A stretch of DNA of 63,546 nt, counting the filler, from Reticulomyxa filosa (Eukaryota; Protista; Foraminifera), in assembly GCA_000512085.1 (NCBI GenBank). It is 19 parts of 19 records of this genome, joined end to end, with 100 filler letters (N's around TTAATTAATTAA, not from the genome) between each part and the next. Parts side by side here need not be neighbours in the genome. Positions count along the whole stretch, not along the records: positions 36,081 to 46,498 come from ASPP01005322.1; positions 46,599 to 48,867 come from ASPP01028487.1; positions 48,968 to 50,270 come from ASPP01024719.1; positions 50,371 to 55,972 come from ASPP01007389.1; 15 more parts are not named here. One strand, written 5' to 3'. The notes under the pieces were generated by a model. That model did not search any database. It saw nothing but the letters and a program-made list of their open reading frames with translations, and was not told the DNA's origin. This document shows, one piece after another, positions 38,119 through 50,773 of this stretch. The first letter of the stretch is position 1, and each line of letters opens with the position of its first letter. The position numbers were made by a program, and so were the translations under genes.

Positions 38119-40289
38119 ATGTTGGCTCTTACTGGAATCGAAAGGAGAACATTTAAAATAGCACGGCATTTCGTACGCTCGGCGAAAAACGTACGACGCG
38201 TATACGCGCGTGCAAGTCATGCGCTGCCCCTAACTTCACTTCTTGCAACAAAAAGCAAAACTTTTGCACCTTCTTTGTTTCCAATCTCTCGGGCAGAAAC
38301 AAAAGTGGAAGTTGCACCAGAAATTCCCTCATCCTATGCAACTCCATTAATTCCAAACGCAATGGAGATGAAATCGATGTTAAATACCGCTTTAAATTAC
38401 GTTGTCAAAGATTTGTCCGTTTCAACCAATGGTTTGGTTTTGCCATCTAGTGACAAGACCAATCCAACAAAAGGTTTTTTTTTTTAAATTCAATTTTCTC
38501 TCCCCCTTGGCACCTTTTTTTTTTTTTAATGCTAATATTAAAATGGAAATTATAGGTATTGGCTACAAATGGATTCACGAAAACAACGAATCCGAGTTGA
38601 TAACAGCATTTGGCGTGTATAATTCATTTCAAGAACCGGTCCCTGAAGACGGATGTGGCAATTTTGATCAATTGTTGGATAAGTATTTCAAATCGATCTC
38701 TCATTGTTCGTTGAATGATAATTGTCCGGGATACATGGCATGGATCCCCTCAGGGGCAATGTATGCGTCGTGTGTTGCAGATTTCATTAGCAGTTGTTCA
38801 AACAGATTCGTCAGTGCCTTTATGAATGCACCATCTTTGCAAGCCATAGAGGACGTTGTGATTCGATGGTTTCTGTCGATGATTGGTATGTCTGATTTGA
38901 ACAACGCTGGTGGAATCCTTACAGGTGGAGGTTCTATGGCCAATTTTCAAGCTATCCATGCTGCCCGATGTCATTGTTATGCATCTGTTTGTTTTTTTTC
39001 CATCACTTTCCCGCGTGGTCGGTCTTTTGCGAAAAGTGATTGGGAATGTATACGTATTCCAAAAAAAAAAGAAAATTTCCTACTTTTTCCTTTTTTTTTT
39101 TGTTCCTTGCTTTTCTTTTTTTTGTAAGTGTTCCCTTCGTACACTCATGTCGGCGATGATCCCTTCATTTATTTTTTTTTTAAACAGATTTGAAAAAACC
39201 AGAAGATATCTTGAAGCTGACAGTATATGTTAGCGAACAAAGCCACTATTGTATAGATCAAGGAATTCAGATGTGTGGCATTCCTCAATCGAATGTTCGA
39301 TACATTCCAACACATTCTGATTTCACCATAAAAGCAGAGATAATGGAACAACGAATCCAAGAAGATTTGACGCAAGGGCTTATTCCAATGATGGTTGTAG
39401 CAGTGGGCGGGACAACCAACACAGGTTCTGTTGATGACATTGACAAAGTGTGTGAAATTGGTGACAAATACGGGGTGTGGAAACACGTGGATGGTGCGTA
39501 CGGCGGGTTTTTTGCGTTGACTAAAAGGGGCTCGAAATTGTTGAAAGGTATATTTTTTTTATAAAAAAAAAGCAACGAAAGAGAGAGCTTTGATGTGGTA
39601 TAACAATAAATGTAAACTTAACATATATATACACGCTTTGACTTTTTCTCTTGATTAAAGGAATTGAACGCGCTGACAGTGTCGTGTTGGACCCCCACAA
39701 GTCATTCTTCCTTCCCTATGGAACCGGTTGTCTATTGGTTCGGGATAAAAGCACATTGCTGAAAGCCAACAAAGCCACTGGTGCTTATATGCACGAACCT
39801 TATGCCCTCGATGGCATTCCCAATGACCTGAGTGATATGGGGCCAGAACTCTCTCGCCGGTTCCGCGGTTTAGGTGTCTGGTTGCCCATCAAAATGTACG
39901 GAATAGAGGTATTCCGAAAAGAATTGGAACTGAAACTGGATTTGACACAATACGCGGTGCAACAAATTGCTGCAATTCCGTACATGAGAATAATGACCCA
40001 GCCAAAATTAACTATATTTGCTTTCCGTTTGGAATACGACCAAGTAAATGACGAAACGAAAGATCAAATGAACAAGGATTTGTTGGACAATATCAATAAA
40101 CGTGGCAACATTGTTTTATCTGCCATTCGTAGTTGTGCGAAAAGCGAATCAAACGAAAAAGGCAAAGGTGTTGACGTATTTTGCTTGAGGATGGTCATTT
40201 TGTCGCAACGAACGCAAATTGAGCAATTACGACAAGCAATCGAAGACATTAAAGAAGCAACGCAGGAAGTTATGCAAGCGCATTGCTAA
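38119..40289 (+). CDS. Group II PLP-dependent (aromatic amino acid-type) decarboxylase, multi-exon
   Basis: GGILTGGGSMAN, VYVSEQSH, GTTNTGSVD, HVDGAYGG, PLP-lysine motif ADSVVLDPHK, ELSRRFRGL.VWL. Three probable GT-AG introns and an Arg-rich N-terminal extension. Confidence 0.92.
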
Positions 40290-40722
40290 AGACGCTTTAA
40301 CATAATTTTTTTTTCAACGGGGTTGAATTAATATTGTGGAGTGATCGCTTTGGGGAAAAGGGTTGTTGTTCTAGTAAGAATTACTTTTTTTTTATCTTGA
40401 TCAGTTTTTTTTTCTTTTTCCTCCACGACAGACACACAAATACAAGTTGTGAAATTGCAGCTGATTTAACCAAAAATCAGAAAACTTGGCTGTGTTAATC
40501 AATATAATTAATAATAGAATTCAAATTTGTAAGTATTTAATTGATGAATATCAAATAAGATATTCGGGCACAGGTTGTCAAAATAGTATATAAGTTCATT
40601 CAAATATATTTTTGGTTTACAAAGTTAAATATTTTTATTAGAGCGAGCTGGTCTTTGTGAAATATTTTTTTAACTTCTTAGAGCGAAGGCGTCCCCAATA
40701 ATATAAAAAAAAATCATTATTG

Positions 40723-42108
40723 ATGAGAATCCCGCAACATTATTATCATTTTGATGTTGGGCAACTATCAATATTGTTTCGAAATTAGAAAAAGTTTAAT
40801 ATTTTCTATATTATACGAACAAGCTGGATTTCTTGTACGAAACGACCAAAATGTCGACACAATTCATTTTTATTGCGTTTCATCTTTAAGTGGGTACAGA
40901 TCATTATCATTTTTTCGAGTCGCAGGGACAACAGCGTGGTTACCTCCACCTTCTCAACAAGGTGAAAATATTGAAATATTATCACCTGCAAAAGAAATTG
41001 AGATGATAACATTATATCCTCTTTCTTACACAGCAGACCCATCTTTTGCAATACAAGAATTTAACAACAATCAAATGCGCAAATTCACAATATGCAGGAC
41101 AATAACAATGGATGAGATGGATGAAAAAAAATCGAGTGATGGTATGGCGAGTATTGTTGAAGTGCAAAGCTATTACATAGACATATCTTTTTTCGGAAGT
41201 AGTGGTAATAGTCTTCCAAAAGGCTATCTGATTCGAAAGCCATCATATGATTTTGATATATATTATGCAAATTTTAACCAATTGTTTGTCATTGCATTAC
41301 AAGGTGTCAATTGTGAAGTGTTATATTTTCAAAAGAAAAAGCAAGTACACACCTATCGGATAGAAACTCCTACGGACACTGTTGTTCGATTTGTTTCCTT
41401 TTTTCAAACCGACATTACAAAAACCAAGATAGCATTGCTATTAGAGCATCGAATGTCCCAAGATGATAGTGGAATGTTGCAAGATAACAGTGGAATAGTC
41501 AATACAGTGCAGCTGCAAGTGCACCAGTTATATTTTTCATTTACCAAAAACAATCTTGCACAACAGCAAGCGCTTCAAAAACTATTGCCTCTTTTGAACT
41601 GGACAATGCCTTTATAGCAAATGCGATGGAGATAAATGTACATGGATCTTATGCTGCAATAATTTGTGAGCGTTGTAATCTGTTTCTTGTCAATTTGCAC
41701 AATCTTGCATATAATAGATGTGAAGCCATTTTGACTCTGCGATTAGATAACTCTCCCAAACATAATGATTTGGGATCTTACCAAATTGTGAAATGGGTCA
41801 CTGAATCTATTTTGGCTGTGTCTACATCTGGACGATTGCAATTTTTTGTTGATACCTTGTGTCTACCAAGTGTGCGTCAACTCTTGATGAGTTGCTGTCA
41901 GGGAGTAGCTGTTGTTGCGGACTTAATCGCTATGATTTGTGGCCCGATATTACACGATACTAAGTATCGCCTTTTGGCACATGATGCTGAAGATACAATA
42001 CGCGATGTGACTTGCATTGATTCTTTTTATCATGCTAATAAAAAAAAGGGCTTGCTTTTATTAGGAATCAAACATAAAATCCTTTGTCTTTCGTATACGG
42101 TTGAATGA
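40723..42108 (+). CDS. Hypothetical intronless protein (~460 aa if two 1-nt indels are corrected)
   Basis: ORFs 40751-41617 and 41626-42108 join if one T is added at 41611-41613. The ATG at 40723 joins if one G is removed near 40759-40761. Confidence 0.55.
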
Positions 42109-42541
42109 TACTTATGCAGCATTTTTAAAAAATGACAAAAATTAAACCTAGTCATTTCTTTGTGGTATAAACTTGAAATTTTCAATATATTGAAACAGTA
42201 CAAATATGTCCAATCTTATGGTATCAAGCAATAACAACAGAATAAATTTTGGCCACAGTTCATTTTTGAATATATTTAAAAGAAAAAAGTTGAAAAGACC
42301 GTTTTTTCAAAATGATCGCTGGAGAAAAAAAAGAAAGGAAAATAGTATTTAGTGTATTCAATGATAAAATGAATTGTCTGTTCCTCTTTGTTTGAATTTA
42401 AACTTAAGCCAATATTGTCGAAAATCAGATAATCTTTTTTTTCGTAAAAGAAAATACTATAGTAAATATTATCGAGTCAGAAAAAAAACATTGGATATTC
42501 TTTTTCTTATCCTTATCTCTATCCCTCCCATTTATACTATT

Positions 42542-43345
42542 CTATTCTAATTTTTGAACATGTCTCATTTTAGGAGTAGTACTTCCTGACTTGACATCAC
42601 CTTGTTTATTTTTTTCTTTTTGATAGTCTGCCAATAGTGACTCAATCTCTTGAGAATTTTCCACTACCACAGGTTCTGGCTCATTTTCATTCGTGTCAGA
42701 TTTTTTGAGTTTTTTTGATTTCTTTGGCATGCCATCATTGCCTTGTCTATCAAAGGTACGGGGTGATTCTCGTGAATAAAAGAAATACATATATATGTGC
42801 AATGCAATGGAGGTGAAACCCTCGCCCAATATGGTGGCAATACAAAACCAATGAAAATCCCAGATTGGTGCAACTATAAAATGCGATTGGCCACTCCAAA
42901 TAGCAAAGCAGTACAAATACATCATATATGTGTACTTTTTTTCGAGTCTTCCCCATGCCAGATGATATAATGCATACAAACCTAATGTGTTGTTCCCTAA
43001 CCAATATATACAGGTTATATCTTGCACTGTTGCTAATCCACGGTGAATCCATTCTGGTGTCCAATAGTCTACTGGTCTCATCAGGTTGTCTGCAAAATGA
43101 AATCCACTCACCCCTACACTTAATCCAAATAGCAATATTAACATGGCTTTTTGGTCCGTTAAATTTTGTTTTAATTTCTTTTTCAAAAAGTACAACCACA
43201 CGAGTGAAATAATTGCGTACAACAGTATTAATAGTGCCATAAACAAACGCAAATAGCCGTACTGTTCATCAAAAGGATCATGTATGACCACAGGAGAACC
43301 AAAGCCAGAGGTTCCAAATTTAGCACCAGAAGAATGACGTGTCAT
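42542..43345 (-). CDS. Multi-pass membrane protein with an HFADN motif
   Basis: Intact intronless 267-aa ORF with about 5 hydrophobic segments and a charged C-terminal tail. Confidence 0.8.
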   Translation of the reverse strand: MTRHSSGAKFGTSGFGSPVVIHDPFDEQYGYLRLFMALLILLYAIISLVWLYFLKKKLKQNLTDQKAMLILLFGLSVGVSGFHFADNLMRPVDYWTPEWIHRGLATVQDITCIYWLGNNTLGLYALYHLAWGRLEKKYTYMMYLYCFAIWSGQSHFIVAPIWDFHWFCIATILGEGFTSIALHIYMYFFYSRESPRTFDRQGNDGMPKKSKKLKKSDTNENEPEPVVVENSQEIESLLADYQKEKNKQGDVKSGSTTPKMRHVQKLE

Positions 43346-43630
43346 GATTATATAAACGTTTTTATTTTCCTCTCTTCAAAAAAAAGAAATCTTTTGGAAC
43401 TGACCAAATACAGAATATTCAGAACTCACTAAGTTAAAATAGTGTAAACGACAATACAACTAAAAGAAAAGCGCTGATGCAAAAATGAAAAGAGATCAAT
43501 GAAAAAATTAAGTTTTAAACGCACAAGATGAGTTTATCGTTCACCAAGTTGAAATTAACTCATGGCAGTGACTACATGCTCGCAAGAACCAAAAAAAATG
43601 AATTAAAAAAAATCTGTTTCGTTTTTTTTT

Positions 43631-46498
43631 TTAAGTTAAATTAATTAATTTTTGATTTGTTCCGTGGGTTTTTTTTTTTTGTACGGTTAGGTCGAGGGGT
43701 TTGTGTTTGTTGCCTGAGGTGGTCAAGTCCTCGATATGATTTATTTCGGGTTCATGTTTGCCATGAGACCATCGGCAAGAGCCTCCACGAACACAGCTCC
43801 CTTTTTGGGCCCAATCAAAACACATATGATAAGGAATATCAAGTACGGACTGATTTGGAGCTGGCGTGGAATATTCACTGGAAGTTTGAGTCAAAGCAGA
43901 CAGATCATGCGAAAATGGGCACGACGAACCTTTTCGACATTGACCTAATATATGAAAACGGCAAGGGATATTGGATCTACTCTACAATACAACCCCCAGT
44001 CACTCAAAGAGGATATCATTTCATCCGAAAGAGTTTAAGAGAAAAAGAAAGCTATGAAAACAAGTGATATTAAAAAATGGAAAAGACGAAACATCGTATT
44101 CAAATTCAGTATCAGATATTGGAAAGGAGGCGGAAGATAGCTTCCTTTTTTTGTTTGAAGAGGATGACGGAGCGAATTGTGAGTAAGCACGCTTCGTGCC
44201 TATCGCTGGAGTAGCAGTAGGAGTAATTGTAGTAGTAGTAGTAGTAGTAGAAGTACGTTCCTGATTATTGACATTAGTATCGGTGTCGGTATTGACATTA
44301 ACATTAGCATTGACATTAGCATTGGCATTAACATTAGCACTAGCATTGGCAGGACTCTTTTTCAATGCTTGGTTTTTTCGATGTGCATTTGGATTCCGAT
44401 TGTAACTGATCTTACTTAACAGGTAATGGTAATCTTGTTGCGTTACATTGGTGTTGAACCAATCAACCGGTTCTGCGGACGAAGAGCTCGAAATCGATAT
44501 CGAAGGAGAGTGAGAACGAGAACGAGAACGAGAACGAGAGTGAGAAGGGAAATGAGCAGGAGATGAAGACGAAGAGACTGAGAGCACAGAGTTGGATGAA
44601 CCATTCTTTGCTTTTGCTTTTGCTTTTGCTTTAGCAGCGATAGTAGGGCCAGAGGCCGTAACAGAATCGGAAGAGGATGAAGACAAGGAAATAGGTTGCA
44701 AGGCAGGATTATGAGGAGGAAGAGGAGGAGAAGAAGAAGAAGAAGAAGAAGAAGAAGAAAAAGAAGAAGATAATGGTGACAATGCCCAAGCCTGTTTGTC
44801 AGGAACGCTCGATTTGGAACGTGCATTTGTCGGACGTGCGGTATTTGTTAAACGCTTGCGTGCATGTGGATGTCGTGTCACTTGCAAATACTCGTCAAAT
44901 TCGAACTCGTCGTCACTCCTGATATCCTCAAATGGTGTCGCAAACAACATTTTCCGTTGGAATTCTGACTCTTTGAAGTATTTATCCTCGCTGCACTCCT
45001 CATCCGTGCATACGCACAAAACAAAACAAAACAAAAATAAGCAAATTGTTTTTTGTCAAAGTAAAGCAATATGATATTTACATATGTTGGATCTCAACTT
45101 GATCTCGTTTCCCAGCACTTGCTTCATTTCATTGGAGTCTAACAGATCATTCCAAGTGCAAGTGTCACTCTGTCGCAATTTGTCATCCAACGACGGCTTT
45201 GGAATGAAGTCATTGGCACTGTTGTTATGTTTCTTGACTTCGTTTTTGTGATCGGAATTGGTCGAGGTTAATATAGAAGACGATGACGATGAAGATGAAG
45301 ATATTGATGTCGACGTGGGTACTGCTTTCATCGACGTGGCGAGTCCTCGGAGCTGGATCATATCTCCGCGAATGCCGACGAGCAAGCCGAGCAAAGACTT
45401 GCGTTGCAGATCGGAATGATGCGAGACGAGCATTTTGTACGCATATTGGAAAGCGCTACGTATTTTCATGACATTGAAAGCGTTTTTCCCGGCGTTCATG
45501 AATACATGTTCGGTACTTTCGAAGGGACATTTGACGCAAAGCATGTAAGGGAGATTATATCTGTCAATCGAGTTCAAATGAGGAGGAGAAGGGGGCAAGA
45601 TATTTGTATCAGTGGAAGCAGAGGTAGTCCGTTTATGAGTGCGAGTGTGAGTATGAGTATGAGTATGAGAATGAGAATGAGAATGAGAATGAGAATGAGA
45701 TGGAAAGAAGCGACGACCTTTGCCAACGAATCGCTTCTGAAAGTAATGCGGATGAGGATATGGCGAAATTCCTAGTCGCTCAAAGTTGAAATGAAAACCA
45801 TACATTTCCAAGAAGGCTAAGAGGAACGAGCCCAGCGTGCACTCTTGCCAAACGGCATGTATGCACGTTTGACTGTACATTGGATGTGTCTGCAGCATGT
45901 GAATGATGAGCATTTGAAGTAAGTAGCTACCCATTCCTCCAAAGTACGGCTCGTGCAGATTGCGATACCACAGAAAGTACTTTAGGAAATTGCTCAGCAT
46001 GCGCATCATTGGAAACTTCTTTTGCAACGTGTTGATTTCCTTTGCCGCCAAAACCCCGGTCAGTTTGTTGAATGATACGTCCACACTAATGCTGCTCTCT
46101 TTATCTCGATATTTCAATATCGGCACTCTCGCCGTTGTTATCATTTCAATGTATGATATCCCATGCTTGCTGCCGATCAACGCATTGAACAGACGCTCTT
46201 TGAAGCCCAGCATCGACTCTGCTTTATTACCGAGCCTCGCTTTCGGCGATACCTGTCGTGGCTGCGCTCTTGGCTTGTCCCATTTGTCGTCGTCGTAGAA
46301 CACCACCAGGTCCAAGTCCGACGTGGGCAGGTACAGCAGCGTCTTAAACGATCCAAATACTTTCACCTTTGCGTCTTTGTCGATGCGCTTCACAAGCTGT
46401 CGCAGCTGGTCCACCACCTTCAATCGCTGCTGGTGCTCCTTTTGCGTCGGCGATATGAACAGATTGAAGTCGAGCATTTCCATATGCAAACGGTCCGG
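43631..46498 (-). CDS. TRF4: Non-canonical poly(A) polymerase (Trf4/PAPD5/TENT4-like), 5' partial, with downstream low-complexity exon and two CCCH zinc fingers
   Basis: LH.E..DF..FISPT..E, VFGSF.T.LYLPTSDLDLVV, ARVPI.K, VDVSFN, L.EPY.GG.GSY. Downstream fingers CRFHILGQCRKGSSCPFSH and CFDWAQKGSCVRGGSCRWSH. The splice linkage of the 3' exons is inferred. Confidence 0.85.
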
Positions 46499-48522
46499 NN
46501 NNNNNNNNNNNNNNNNNNNNNNNNNNNNNNNNNNNNNNNNNNTTAATTAATTAANNNNNNNNNNNNNNNNNNNNNNNNNNNNNNNNNNNNNNNNNNNNCC
46601 CAATTGTTTGGACAAAATCCCAAGTATATCAAATCTGTCCAAAGATAATTGAATAAATTGAGCAAAGACATCTCCAACGGCCGCATCTAAAAAAACTGGT
46701 GTGTTTACTTTGTTTTAAGACAGTTCTTTTCAATACAATACACTTTTGTATATATGTATAAGATATTGTTTTTTTTTCTATTATCATTGACAAATCCTTT
46801 GCTTTGTTTGTGTGACCATGCTCCACTAAAGGGTCAACAAGAATGTGGCAATGTTTGCTTAGAATGGATTAATGTTTTGTTAGATTTTGTTGAAGTGAAT
46901 GAAATCACTATCCAAAAAATACAATATATTCACACTCCGGCTTTGAAAGCTCCAAATCTAAATCAAATCTTTTTGAAATTAGCCTAAATATGTATTAATA
47001 TCAAACGATGAAATGTAATTTATGCAACTGGCAAGTTTAATATAGAGAAAGAAGTGAAATATAATTGAAAAAAAAGTTTTACATTAATTTCATAGAATGC
47101 TAAAAAATATCATCAAAAGCAACAACTTTGAATATTACAACAATTTATCAAAAACGTAATAATAAAAACATCGAAATTTGGTTGTGAAAGTATAATGGTG
47201 CGTCATACTTTGCAGTGTTATATTTAATATCAATATCATAGAAGCTTTCCCTTTGCTGGATCTCGTTTATAACAAAGCTACACTTAACACGCATATGTTT
47301 TTTTTATGCTTTTCTTTTGTGACAACGCAAGGATATCAACATTTTAGGCAATCCAATTTTCCATTTTATTCCGGGCAGCAGTATACATTTGAAACATTTC
47401 AGTTTTTCACTTCCATCGATTTTTTAAACGAATAAAAGCATAAAAAGAGCTTGATTATAATTGTTAAGTGTTATCCGGATTCATTGCTTCTGCGGTGTTA
47501 ACTATATGGTCCATACTTGCGGCCCGCTGACCTGGTTACACTCAATCTCGCACTCGTTTTCCAACAAATCCAAAGTACATATACTCCTCCATTTTCTCGG
47601 GTACCACTTGTAATATTTTCTTTCAATTGCGCGATGTTATTCTGTTGACAAATGTATTTTCTGCATGCTCTTTATGTATATATGTATATTGAACTGTAAA
47701 AATACTTTTTTTCCATCAATAATAAAAATAATAAAATACATATACACATAAATACAGATACAGAAGAAAAAAAAATTGATTTGGAGGAGAATGAAGAGAT
47801 GTTCATTTTGACTAAGTATTTTCTGTTTTTTTCAATTAGCACAGCGCAAATTGACTTGGATATAGTCAAGATGCTTTGGTGGTTGTCAGTTCACACACGA
47901 CGGGTTTGGGAGCTGCACTCACTAGCCAACAATAAGCACTGGTACGAAAACAGCCATATTAATTGGTTGGCAATTTGCCATGTGTCCAACACTTCCAGTG
48001 GCGGCGTCGGCGTTGTGAAGAGAAGGGGTGTGTTCATTATTACAACTGCGGCCATTACCATTGTACCAATGATTTGGCTGAGCAAAATGCAGAGGTTTTT
48101 TTTCAGCTGGAATGCAATGCATTCTTGGTTGCACGTTCGGTGGATACATCCATTGGCTTGGTCGTCGTTTGAACTAACGAACAGCAATTCAAATTGCTCC
48201 AAATGGTGACTTTGAACTTTTAGTTTTTTGAAAAGTACGTACACTTTTTTTTCGCGTCTTTGCGTTTGTCCTGAAAATAGTACAATATTTTTGCAATTGT
48301 TCATCAAATTCTGCAATCAATGCAATAACTCAAAAACAACAAAATAACGAACAAAAAAGTGGCAGCAAAAAATTCGAAAATGATTTTTTTTTAATTATGA
48401 TTCCAAAACAAACAGGAAAACAATCTTTGCTTCGTCAAACTGTGAAGATCCCATTTGATTTTTTAAAGGTAGTTCTTTTTTTGTTGTTGTTGCTTTTCGC
48501 TGTTGTTGATTAAATAATTAAA

Positions 48523-48867
48523 ATGAGAAAAGTTTTAACAATTGAAGTCGGCCAGGCCGGTATCCAACTGGGCAGCGCCATCTGGGAGCAATACTGTACT
48601 GTGACAAGCACAAAGAAAGCAAAGGAAAGATGACTCTTTTAAAGTGTTTTTTGGGGAAACAGGTAGTGGACAATTTGTCACAAGAAATCTCGAGGTATGT
48701 TTTTTTTTCTTTTTTTTTTATCTTTATACGTATAATAAAAAAGAAATTACAGGTTAACCTGGAATCCAATGCAATTGATGATGCAAAAAATGAGCACTTT
48801 GTGGTTATTTTCCACATAGCTCTTAGTCCACGGGAAAGAGGGCACAGCCAACAACTTTGCGAGAGGC
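48523..48867 (+). pseudogene. Divergent (Retaria alpha2-like) alpha-tubulin pseudogene fragment
   Basis: MRKVLTIEVGQAGIQLGSAIWEQYC, then frameshifted DDSFKVFF.ETGSGQFVTRNL, an intron, VNLESNAIDD, and GKEGTANNFARG. Not shown in the ORF track. Confidence 0.85.
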
Positions 48868-48967
48868 NNNNNNNNNNNNNNNNNNNNNNNNNNNNNNNNN
48901 NNNNNNNNNNNTTAATTAATTAANNNNNNNNNNNNNNNNNNNNNNNNNNNNNNNNNNNNNNNNNNNN

Positions 48968-49768
48968 AATTATGGAATATTTTTGATTTGAAGTGCAATG
49001 TTGCAACCATGATTGTAAATTATTATTGTTTTGAATATCATTTACAATTTCATCAAATCCATCTAATAGTAATAACAATCCATTCATTGAATTAATAATG
49101 CATTTGGTGTCATTTGAATTCCATTGTGGAATATGTAATTCATTCATAACCATTGACCATAAGTATTCAATATCACTACTTTCATTTTTCTTTTCATCAT
49201 CACTATTTTCATTAATGCGATGAAAAACATTGATAATGTTCTTTAAAGGAATGTGCAATAGATATTGGAATTGATGGCTCCACATTTGATTATTTCCCCA
49301 CAAATATGCAATTCTTTGAGACAGCACACTCTTTCCACTCCCTGCTTCTCCTCGAATACTGATGTGACGTACTTTTGATTCGTCTTCTTTGTCATTCCAA
49401 ATATCTTGCAATTCGATAGTTTCAGTTTGATTTTCATAGATTAATGGATAATCTAATGAATTTAGCCATTTTTCATTTTCTTCGTTGTAATCTTTATCCT
49501 TTTCATCTTCTTCACTTTTTTCTTTTTCTTTTTTGTTGATCATTTTATTTTTTGTTGTTGGATCAAAAGGGCCAATCGAATGTAGTAAGTATCAATGGAT
49601 TGTTCAGAGTTATTAAATAACGGAGCCAGTTTATCTTGTGATTGGTAGTATCGCTCTAATTTTTCTTTTGTTGGATCCAGTTTTCGTTTCTTTTTTTTTG
49701 TTACGTTCTTCGTCTTTTACTTCTGAGGTTTCATTTGCAAGTGTTTTTTCAGGATACTTCTCTTCCAT
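48968..49768 (-). pseudogene. NACHT NTPase protein, partial and frameshifted
   Basis: Walker A ISIRGEAGSGKS, QRIAYLW, Walker B LLLLDGFDE. The upstream segment YYQSQDKLAPLF...YIRLALL is in a different frame. Confidence 0.8.
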
Positions 49769-50773
49769 TTGTTTTGATCTTTTCCAGATTGATATTTTTC
49801 ACTCTGATTTTATAGACAAAGTTAGAAGGAACGCTAAGTTTTAAAAATTTTTTAGAGTAAAAGACGCCATTACGTTGGATTCATTTTAGAGTTTCGATAT
49901 TTCTGCAACTGATTGTAAACAATTTTTTTTATTTGAGAGTTTATCTTATTATTTATGCTGATTGCAAGAGGAAAGCGTATTTGGCTCTGTTTTGTCAATG
50001 GTACTGGTATTGATTAACTTGTTTCTCTCAAGCTTTGAATTTTACAGTGACACAATATATACAAACACTCTGATTCAGCATTTTTAACAGTGATAAAATA
50101 GTTTGATTTGCCGTATCTTTGGGAGAGTCGTTTTTGTATCGACGTAATTTTATTTAACAATGTTTGTAAACTTCTTTAAAACGAAGGAATTGTTTTTGTT
50201 TAATTTGGGCTTATTTGTTTAAGGAAAAACTGCAATTTATACTTTGTTTTGTCTTGTGTTTTTCTTTTGTNNNNNNNNNNNNNNNNNNNNNNNNNNNNNN
50301 NNNNNNNNNNNNNNTTAATTAATTAANNNNNNNNNNNNNNNNNNNNNNNNNNNNNNNNNNNNNNNNNNNNAAAAAAAAAAAAGCATAACAACTTTTGGTT
50401 CCAATTGACAATAAAGATAAAATTAATTGGTTTTCAAAAGATACATCCTGAAACCAACACCACAAAAAAAAAGAATAATATTTTGAGTTTCTTTCACCAT
50501 CTTAGCTGCCTTTTGGTGGAATAATACAAATATTTATCAAATATATAAAGGAGAAAAAAAAAAGGAAGAAAACCAAAGAGGAACAAAGGGAAAAAAAAAG
50601 AAAAATGTAAAAAAAAATAAAGAATAGATATGTGCTAGTTGCTTGCTTCGTAAAAATGTGTTTGGATAGTATAGTTTGCAATGCACATTTTATGACATAT
50701 AGTGTAATGTTGCGAATAGGATCAACAGGTAAGAAAGAAAATCCATACGCTGCACTTGTCCATTTATTCGACC

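Noticed and set aside
18587-40289. SSADH plus decarboxylase as a GABA-shunt gene cluster
   Set aside because: They are on different contigs separated by linkers, and the decarboxylase substrate is unknown.
46599-48320. Short ORFs upstream of the tubulin relic
   Set aside because: They are fragmentary with no recognisable motif, so no call can be supported.
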